From Phenylobacterium sp. (lineage in GTDB: Bacteria > Pseudomonadota > Alphaproteobacteria > Caulobacterales > Caulobacteraceae): DNA of 64,000 nucleotides. Location of the stretch: positions 20,125 to 84,124 of the forward strand of contig NZ_DATMNA010000094.1 in assembly GCF_035569475.1 (NCBI RefSeq), read 5' to 3'. The notes under the pieces are model-generated. The model was not told where the DNA came from. It did not search any database and saw only the letters and a program-made list of their open reading frames with translations. Below are positions 57,175 to 64,000 of this stretch, piece by piece. The position numbers and the translations under genes were made by a program. Each line of letters starts with the position of its first letter. Positions within the stretch are counted from its first letter, which is position 1.

Positions 57175-58362
57175 ATGAAGGCCATCAAGATCGCCTGGCT
57201 GACGAGTGTCGCGGCCCTGTCTCTGGCGGCGGCCGGCGCAGCTCGCGCCGACGACACGCCTCCGGCCGCCGCGGCTGCGGCCCCGGCCGGGCCGACGGCG
57301 CTCTCCACGCCGGCCATGTCGGCCTCGCTCTCGTCGAACGCCGACCCTCTGAACATGGACTGGGGTCCGCTGGGCAAGATCTACCTCAGCGGCCAGGTCT
57401 CGGCCTTCGGCATGTCCCAGACCGCCGCGCCGGCCGCCAGCCAGAAACGCAAGGGCGACATCTCCAACCTGCAGCTCGAGATCCAGAAGACGGATGGCGT
57501 GGTGCAGTTCTACGTCCAGGCTGGGGAGTACAACTTCCCCTCGCTGGGGACGCCGGTCGCCACGACCAACCGCCTGACCGAGGACACCTACAAATATGTG
57601 CCGGTGGCCTATCTGAAGCTCCAGCCGACGGCCGAATGGAGCGTCCTGATCGGCAAGCTGCCGACCCTGATCGGCGCCGAATACACCTTCAGCTTCGAGA
57701 ACCTGAACATCAACCGCGGGCTGCTCTGGAACCAGGAGCCGGCCATCAGCCGCGGCATCCAGGTGAACTACGCCAAGGGCCCGTTGACCGTCTCCGGCTC
57801 GCTGAACGACGGCTACTACTCCGACCACTACTCCACGGTCTCGGGTCTGGTCAGCTATGCCGTGACCATGAAGGACACCGTGGCGGTGGCGGGCTCCGGC
57901 AATTTCGACAAGACCTCGCGGTCGACCTTCGTCACGCCGGTGGCGCAGAACAACGGCACGGTCTGGAACCTCCTTTGGACTCACACCGAGGACAAATGGA
58001 TGATCAACCCGTACCTGCAGTACACGACGACGCCCAAGGACGTGTCCTTCGGCCTGCCGGGCTCGGCCTCGACCTTCGGCGCGGCGGTGCTGGGCAAATA
58101 CTCGTTCACCCCGATGTTCAACCTGGCCGGCCGCGTGGAGTACATCTCCTCCTCGGGCTCCCAGGTCGCCCTGCTCTACGGGCCGAAGAGCGACGCCTGG
58201 TCCTTCACCTTGACGCCGACCTTCCAGTTCAAGACCTATTTCGTGCGCGGCGAGCTCGCCTACACCAAGATCGACTCGGGAACCGTCGGCTCGGAATTCG
58301 GCAAGTTCTTCAACAAGAGCGAACAGACCCGCGCCATGATCGAGACCGGCGTCCTGTTCTAG
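57175..58362 (+). CDS. Outer-membrane beta-barrel protein (putative porin)
   Basis: Signal peptide, alternating beta strands, GKLPTLIGAE, C-terminal F. Confidence 0.8.
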   Translation: MKAIKIAWLTSVAALSLAAAGAARADDTPPAAAAAAPAGPTALSTPAMSASLSSNADPLNMDWGPLGKIYLSGQVSAFGMSQTAAPAASQKRKGDISNLQLEIQKTDGVVQFYVQAGEYNFPSLGTPVATTNRLTEDTYKYVPVAYLKLQPTAEWSVLIGKLPTLIGAEYTFSFENLNINRGLLWNQEPAISRGIQVNYAKGPLTVSGSLNDGYYSDHYSTVSGLVSYAVTMKDTVAVAGSGNFDKTSRSTFVTPVAQNNGTVWNLLWTHTEDKWMINPYLQYTTTPKDVSFGLPGSASTFGAAVLGKYSFTPMFNLAGRVEYISSSGSQVALLYGPKSDAWSFTLTPTFQFKTYFVRGELAYTKIDSGTVGSEFGKFFNKSEQTRAMIETGVLF

Positions 58363-58593
58363 GATCCGCGCGCCCCAAAAAGGGCCGCCGGAGAGCCGTC
58401 GTCCTCGCGGGCGGCGGCTTTTCCATTGCATCGAAGGTCGCCGCTTTCTAATGTCCGGCCGCTTCGCGGATGCGCACAAAATGTGCGCGGCGTGCAACAC
58501 CCCTCGCGGTAACACTTTATCCCGCCACTTTAGGTAGACGGTCGCATACCCGGGTCTATGTTGACGATTCGAAGAGCTAACGGAGTGCGGCGC

Positions 58594-60537
58594 ATGGAGC
58601 GGATGGCTTTTCGAGCCCAGACCATCGTCGCCGACGTGATCCTGGCCGCGATCGCCTTCACCCTCGCCTATTCCGTCGCCTCGTCCTCGACGCCCTCGCT
58701 CGACGTCGTCACCAGCCTGCCGTCGCTGAACCTCGTACAGCTCACCGTGCTCTACGCCGCCCTCGCGGGCGGCTTCAGCATGCTGTTCCGCCGCGAGCTG
58801 TCGCCGTGGCGCTACGCCTCGATCCCCGACGCCCTGGTTCTGGCCCGCATCGCGGTCCTGACGGTCGGGGTCTTCCTTATCTGGGTCTTCATCATCGACC
58901 GCGGGCGCGGCCTGCCCCGTTCAACCCTGCTGCTCGCCCCGATGTTCCAGATGGTGAGCTCCATGGGCGTGCGGATCCTTCGCCGCGCCCTGCATGAGCA
59001 TGCGCTGGACAGCTTCTCGCCGCTCAAGACCGTGGCCGATCGGATCACCCAATCGCCGTCCCTGCTGCTGATCGGCCCGCCGGCGCTGGCCGACAGCTAT
59101 TTGCGCGACATGGCCCGCAGCCACGACCGCACCTATACGCCCGTCGGCATCGTCGGCGCCGATCCGCGCGACGTGGGCCAGCAGGTGCGTGGCGTCTGCG
59201 TGATCGAAAGCCTCGAAAACCTCGACGAGGCCCTGGCGGACCTGCGCCGCTGGAACCGCTATCCGCGCGCCATCCTGTTCCTCGAGGAGCCGGGCCGCCT
59301 GAAGGGCCTCACCGCCGACCAGCTCGGCCGGCTGAAGACCGACGGCCTGCGCCTGCTCCGCCTGCCCTCCATCGTCGAGCTCGCCCAGCATGACGGCGTC
59401 ACCTTGCTGCCGATGCGCGACATCAACATCGAGGAGCTGCTGGCCCGCGAGCCCATCGAGCTCAACCGCGACGCCATCGGCGCCCTCATCCGCGGCCGCC
59501 GCGTGCTGGTCACCGGCGCCGGCGGCTCCATCGGCGCCGAGCTCTGCCGCCAGGTCGCCGCCTTTCACTGCGCCCACCTGACCCTGCTCGACTTCTCCGA
59601 GACTTCGCTCTTCGAGATCGACCGCGAGATGGCCGAGACCTTCCCGCACATGTCCCGCCAGGCCGTGCTCTGCGACGTGCGCAACGCCGCGCGCGTCACC
59701 CAGACCTTCCACGGCGAGCACCCGGACCTGGTGTTCCACGCCGCGGCCCTGAAGCACGTGTCCATGGTGGAGCAGCACCCCTGCGAGGGCGTGCTCACCA
59801 ATGTCATCGGCACCTGGAACGTGGCCGAGGCCTGCAAGAGCAGCGGCGCGGGCCAGATGGTGCTGATCTCCACCGACAAGGCCGTCGACCCCACCAATGT
59901 CATGGGCGCCACCAAGCGCCTGGCCGAAAGCGTCATCCAGGCCCAGCAGACCGCCGGCCAGGGCGCGCGCTTCTCCGCCGTGCGGTTCGGCAACGTCCTC
60001 GGCTCCGGCGGCTCGGTGGTGCCGATCTTCAAGTCGCAGATCGAGCGCGGCGGCCCGGTGACCGTGACCCACCCGGACATGGAGCGGTTCTTCATGACGA
60101 TCCCCGAGGCGAGCCAGCTCGTCCTCCACGCCACGGCCACCTGCGCCGAGGGCGAGGGCCGCGAGGCCCGCCTGTTCCTGCTGGAGATGGGCGAGCCGGT
60201 GCGGATCATGGACCTGGCCCGCCAGATGATCGCCCTCTCCGGCCGCACGCCCGGCAAGGAGATCGAGATCGAGATCACCGGCCTGCGCCCCGGCGAGAAG
60301 CTCACCGAGGCCCTGCTGGACGAGACCGAACGGTCGCTGCCCTGCGCGCACAAGGTGCTGGAAGTGGTCTCCAACTCGCCCCTGCGCATCTCCACGGCGC
60401 ACCTGGAAGAGATCGAGGCCCTGGCCGACCGCGGCGACGTCGATGGCGTGCGCCGCGCCCTCTTCGACCTGGTCGCCCAGATCCGCGGCGAACGGCCCGG
60501 CAGCGCGCCCACCCTGCGCGTCGTCGCCAACGGCTAG
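58594..60537 (+). CDS. Nucleoside-diphosphate sugar epimerase/dehydratase (CapD-like)
   Basis: TGAGGSIG, HAAALKHV, STDKAV, RFGNVLGS; start uncertain (58558-58603). Confidence 0.92.
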   Translation: MERMAFRAQTIVADVILAAIAFTLAYSVASSSTPSLDVVTSLPSLNLVQLTVLYAALAGGFSMLFRRELSPWRYASIPDALVLARIAVLTVGVFLIWVFIIDRGRGLPRSTLLLAPMFQMVSSMGVRILRRALHEHALDSFSPLKTVADRITQSPSLLLIGPPALADSYLRDMARSHDRTYTPVGIVGADPRDVGQQVRGVCVIESLENLDEALADLRRWNRYPRAILFLEEPGRLKGLTADQLGRLKTDGLRLLRLPSIVELAQHDGVTLLPMRDINIEELLAREPIELNRDAIGALIRGRRVLVTGAGGSIGAELCRQVAAFHCAHLTLLDFSETSLFEIDREMAETFPHMSRQAVLCDVRNAARVTQTFHGEHPDLVFHAAALKHVSMVEQHPCEGVLTNVIGTWNVAEACKSSGAGQMVLISTDKAVDPTNVMGATKRLAESVIQAQQTAGQGARFSAVRFGNVLGSGGSVVPIFKSQIERGGPVTVTHPDMERFFMTIPEASQLVLHATATCAEGEGREARLFLLEMGEPVRIMDLARQMIALSGRTPGKEIEIEITGLRPGEKLTEALLDETERSLPCAHKVLEVVSNSPLRISTAHLEEIEALADRGDVDGVRRALFDLVAQIRGERPGSAPTLRVVANG

Positions 60538-60540
60538 CAT

Positions 60541-60686
60541 TGTCATCCCGATTTCGCGGCGCGCGAAGACCGGGACCCATAGGCCCTAAGCTCTCAGAAT
60601 AGCTCGCGGCGTCGCCACCGCGAGCGGTCGGAGCCGATCGCGCGTATGGGTGCCGGACAGCCGCGTGCGCGGCCTTCGGGATGACA
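60541..60686. repeat. Palindromic intergenic repeat element
   Basis: TGTCATCCCGA ... TCGGGATGACA terminal inverted repeats between convergent genes. Confidence 0.6.
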
Positions 60687-60694
60687 GCGGGTGG

Positions 60695-62554
60695 CTACTC
60701 CGCCGCCACCATCGCCGACTTGCGGGCGGCCGGCTCGCCCAGGCGGGTCACCAGGGTGTCCAGCTCGGCCCACAGGGCCGCGGGCAGGCGCTCGCCGAAG
60801 CGTTCGTAAAAGGCCGGCACCAGGGCCGCCTCCTGCCGCCAGATTTCCGCGTCGACGGTCAGCAGCAGGTCCATCTGCGCCTGGCTGAGGCCCAGGCCCG
60901 AGACGTCCAGGCTGCCCGGCGCGGGCAGCAGGCCGATGGGCGTGTCCACCGCCTCGGCGCGGCCTTCCAGCCGCTCGACGATCCACTTCAGGACGCGGCT
61001 GTTCTCGCCATAGCCGGGCCAGACGAACTTGCCGCGCTCATCCTTGCGGAACCAGTTGACGAAGTAGATGCGCGGCAGCTTGGCCGGGTCCTTGGCCTTG
61101 GCGCCCATCTCGAGCCAGTGGGCGAAGTAGTCGCCCATGTTGTACCCGGCGAAGGGCAGCATGGCGAAGGGGTCGCGCCGCAGCTCGCCGATGGCGTTCT
61201 CCGCCGCCGCCGTGCCCTCGGAGGCCACATTGGAGGCCATGAACACCCCGTGCGCCCAGTCGCGCGCCTCGTTGACCAGCGGCACCGCCGAGGCGCGACG
61301 CCCGCCGAACAGGATGGCCGAGATCGGCACACCGGCCGGATCTTCCCATTCCGGGGCGATCACCGGGGTCTGTTCGGCCGGGACGGTGAAGCGAGCGTTC
61401 GGATGGGCCGCGGGCTCCAGGCTCTCCGGCGTCCAGTCCTTGCCGCGCCAGTCGGTCAGGTGGGCCGGCGCCTCGTCGGTGAGACCCTCCCACCAGACGT
61501 CGCCATCGTCGGTCAGGGCGACGTTGGTGAAGATGCAGTTGGCGTGCAGGGCGGCGACCGCGTTCTTGTTGGTGGTCTCGCCGGTGCCCGGCGCCACGCC
61601 GAAGAAGCCCGCCTCAGGATTGACCGCATAGAGCCGGCCGTCGTCGCCGAAGCGCATCCAGCAGATGTCGTCGCCGATGGTCTCGGCCTTCCAGCCGGCC
61701 AGCGTCGGTTGCAGCATCGCCATGTTGGTCTTGCCGCAGGCGCTGGGGAAGGCCGCGGAGATGTAGCGGACTTCGCCCTGCGGGGAGGTCAGCTTCAGGA
61801 TCAGCATGTGCTCGGCGAACCAGCCCTCGTCGCGGGCCATCACCGAGGCGATCCGCAGCGCGAAGCACTTCTTGCCCAGCAGCGCGTTGCCGCCGTAGCC
61901 CGAGCCGTAGGACCAGATCTCCCGCGTCTTGGGGAAATGGACGATGTACTTGATCTCGTTGCACGGCCAGGCGACGTCCTCGACGCCCTCCGCGAGCGGC
62001 ATGCCCACCGAGTGCACGGCCGGAACGAAAAAGCCGTCCTCGCCGAGCTGGTCGAGGGCGGCTTGGCCCATCCGCGTCATGATCTTCATGGATACGGCGA
62101 CGTAGGCCGAATCCGTGATCTCTACGCCGATGGCGCTGATCTTCGAGCCGAGCGGCCCCATGCAGAACGGCACGACATACATCGTGCGGCCCTTCATGCA
62201 GCCCTTGAACAGGTCCTTCAGGTCGGCCCGCATCTCCGTCGGGTCGAGCCAGTTGTTGGTCGGGCCGGCCTCCTCGGGAGTGTCGGAGCAGATGAAGGTG
62301 CGGCTCTCGACGCGAGCCACGTCACGCGGGTCGGACGCGGCGTAGAACGAGTTCGGGCGCTTGGCCGGGTTCAGCCGCTTCAGCGTGCCGGCCGCGACCA
62401 GCTCGTCCGTCAGCTCCGTCCATTCCTGTTCCGATCCGTCGCACCAGCGCACCCGGTCAGGCTCGGTCAGCGCGGCGATTTCGCGAACCCATTGCAGAAG
62501 CTTCGCGTGTTTCGTCGGCGCGGGCTCGAGCCCCGGGACGATGCGTTGGGTCAT
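60695..62554 (-). CDS. pckG: Phosphoenolpyruvate carboxykinase (GTP)
   Basis: [30 protein letters not shown]. Confidence 0.95.
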   Translation of the reverse strand: MTQRIVPGLEPAPTKHAKLLQWVREIAALTEPDRVRWCDGSEQEWTELTDELVAAGTLKRLNPAKRPNSFYAASDPRDVARVESRTFICSDTPEEAGPTNNWLDPTEMRADLKDLFKGCMKGRTMYVVPFCMGPLGSKISAIGVEITDSAYVAVSMKIMTRMGQAALDQLGEDGFFVPAVHSVGMPLAEGVEDVAWPCNEIKYIVHFPKTREIWSYGSGYGGNALLGKKCFALRIASVMARDEGWFAEHMLILKLTSPQGEVRYISAAFPSACGKTNMAMLQPTLAGWKAETIGDDICWMRFGDDGRLYAVNPEAGFFGVAPGTGETTNKNAVAALHANCIFTNVALTDDGDVWWEGLTDEAPAHLTDWRGKDWTPESLEPAAHPNARFTVPAEQTPVIAPEWEDPAGVPISAILFGGRRASAVPLVNEARDWAHGVFMASNVASEGTAAAENAIGELRRDPFAMLPFAGYNMGDYFAHWLEMGAKAKDPAKLPRIYFVNWFRKDERGKFVWPGYGENSRVLKWIVERLEGRAEAVDTPIGLLPAPGSLDVSGLGLSQAQMDLLLTVDAEIWRQEAALVPAFYERFGERLPAALWAELDTLVTRLGEPAARKSAMVAAE

Positions 62555-62733
62555 ACTTGGACGCTCCCTGGCCCCACTCCCCGCCGCGGATTGCGCTTCC
62601 GAAGCGGTCAAATTTGAACAGTCTTCTAAATGCAGAAACTCCGCCTGCATACCACGGGCCATAGATTCGGGACGGCCCACGCCCTTAACGCAAAGCTACG
62701 ACATTCGGCGCCGCAAGACCGCAGTTCCGAGCA

Positions 62734-64000
62734 TCACTTCATCGTGCCTGGCGCGGGCGGCGCAGGGCCGTCCTTGAGGTAGTGGGCGAGCCAGACGTCC
62801 ACCTCCTGATAGAAATGGCGGCTGTCCTCGGGCTTCAGGATCCAGTGCCAGGCGTCGGGCCAGACCAGCAGGCGGCTCGGCACCTTCATGCGCTGCAGGG
62901 TGGACCAGTTCTCCAGCGTGTTTCCGATCGGCACGCGGAAGTCGCGCTCGCCGATCGACAGCAGCATCGGGGTCTTCCAGTTCTTGGCGTAGGTGATCGG
63001 GCTCTGGTCCCGCCAGACCGGGTTGCCCTCCCAGGGCGGGCCGCCGTTGGTGACCTCGCGGTTGTAGATCCCGTCGCTCATGCCCCACTGGCTTTCCAGG
63101 TCCACTTCGCCGGCATGGCTGACCAGGCACTTGTAGCGGGTGGTGGTGGCCTCCAGCCAGTTCACCAAGTGGCCGCCGTAGCTGGCCCCCAGCGCGCACA
63201 TCCTGCCGCCGTCGATATAGGGATAGCGCTTCAGCGCCTCGTTGACCGCCTGGTCGATCTCCAGCCCGGGTGTCTTCAGCGGGTCGAGCTTGATCGCCTG
63301 CGCGAACTTCTCCCCGAAGCCGGTCGAGCCGGTGTAGTCGGTCATCAGCATCACGTACCCGGCCGCGGTCAGCAGGTGGTAGTTCCACCGTAGGCCGATG
63401 GAGTCGGTGTTCATGCTGGCCGCGCCGCCGTGGATGAAGACCAGTAGCGGGTACTTCTTCGACGGATCGAAGTTCGGCGGCAGGATGATCATGTTGTGGA
63501 TCTGCCGCCCGCCGGCGCTGGTGAACCAGAAGTGCTGCGGCGGCTGCCAATCGAAGGTCGCCGCCTCGGCGGTGTCGATGTTGGTCAGGTTGGCGTGGGT
63601 CTTGGCCGCCGGATCGATGCGCACGATCTCCTCGGGGCTGACCGAACTGCCGTAGTTGGCGATCAGCAGCGGCTTGGCGGCCTTCTGCGGGATGGTCAGC
63701 CCGCCATAGCCGCCCGTGGCCGGCTCGATGACCAGGCTCGGTTTCCCGCCGGCGGTCGGCACGCTGTAGAGGTCGGTCTTCCCGGCCTCGGGGACCAGGA
63801 TGTAGGCGGTCTTGCCGTCCGGCGTGATCTGGAACCGCTCCGGCTCGCGGTCGAAGTCCTTGGCGACCGTCGTGATCTCGCCGCCGGCCGGCCAGGCGAC
63901 CTTGGAGAACCGCGCGAGGTTGTAGATCTCCTCGGTCCGCGGCGCGTAACCGAAGTAGAGGCTCTTGCCGTCGGCGCTGAAGGTCGGCGCGCGGAACCCG
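62734..64000 (-). CDS. S9 family (prolyl oligo/acylaminoacyl) peptidase, 5' end outside window
   Basis: IHGG, GASYGG, ERDFRV, AWHW catalytic triad pattern. Confidence 0.9.
   Translation of the reverse strand, partial: GFRAPTFSADGKSLYFGYAPRTEEIYNLARFSKVAWPAGGEITTVAKDFDREPERFQITPDGKTAYILVPEAGKTDLYSVPTAGGKPSLVIEPATGGYGGLTIPQKAAKPLLIANYGSSVSPEEIVRIDPAAKTHANLTNIDTAEAATFDWQPPQHFWFTSAGGRQIHNMIILPPNFDPSKKYPLLVFIHGGAASMNTDSIGLRWNYHLLTAAGYVMLMTDYTGSTGFGEKFAQAIKLDPLKTPGLEIDQAVNEALKRYPYIDGGRMCALGASYGGHLVNWLEATTTRYKCLVSHAGEVDLESQWGMSDGIYNREVTNGGPPWEGNPVWRDQSPITYAKNWKTPMLLSIGERDFRVPIGNTLENWSTLQRMKVPSRLLVWPDAWHWILKPEDSRHFYQEVDVWLAHYLKDGPAPPAPGTMK

Overview
High-GC alphaproteobacterial chromosome segment, most likely Caulobacteraceae (Phenylobacterium/Caulobacter-like); this is inferred from gene content and synteny. 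The backbone carries algI/algJ-like O-acetylation genes, tRNA-His, tonB-exbD-exbB, tRNA-Phe, rng-like/maf/infA/hisD/murA, tRNA-Thr, cysE, queF, a CapD-like gene, pckG and an S9 peptidase. Three accessory zones stand out. (1) Two tandem, integrase-less islands lie at tRNA-Phe, bounded by 46-47 bp copies of its 3' half. One carries a SOS-box-preceded polymorphic-toxin/immunity pair and a DUF4160/DUF2442 TA module. The other carries an R-M-like layout in which the 'restriction' side is a Rad50/SMC-like ATPase + winged-helix protein + PD-(D/E)XK protein, convergent with an m4C-type methyltransferase and with C-protein-like regulators. (2) A fragmented podovirus-like prophage relic (about 26.2-48.9 kb) has CI-like, DUF6456/Q-like, terS/terL, tail, ejection and lysis genes but no integrase, replication, portal or capsid genes in the window, and is interleaved with host-type genes. 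The same LexA-box/-35/CGCGCGC promoter motif occurs twice in this relic and once in front of the island toxin, suggesting a co-regulated, phage-derived toxin system. (3) A MEDS + histidine kinase cassette is bracketed by a duplicated nitroreductase 3' segment. All family assignments come from reading motifs by eye; no database searches were run.
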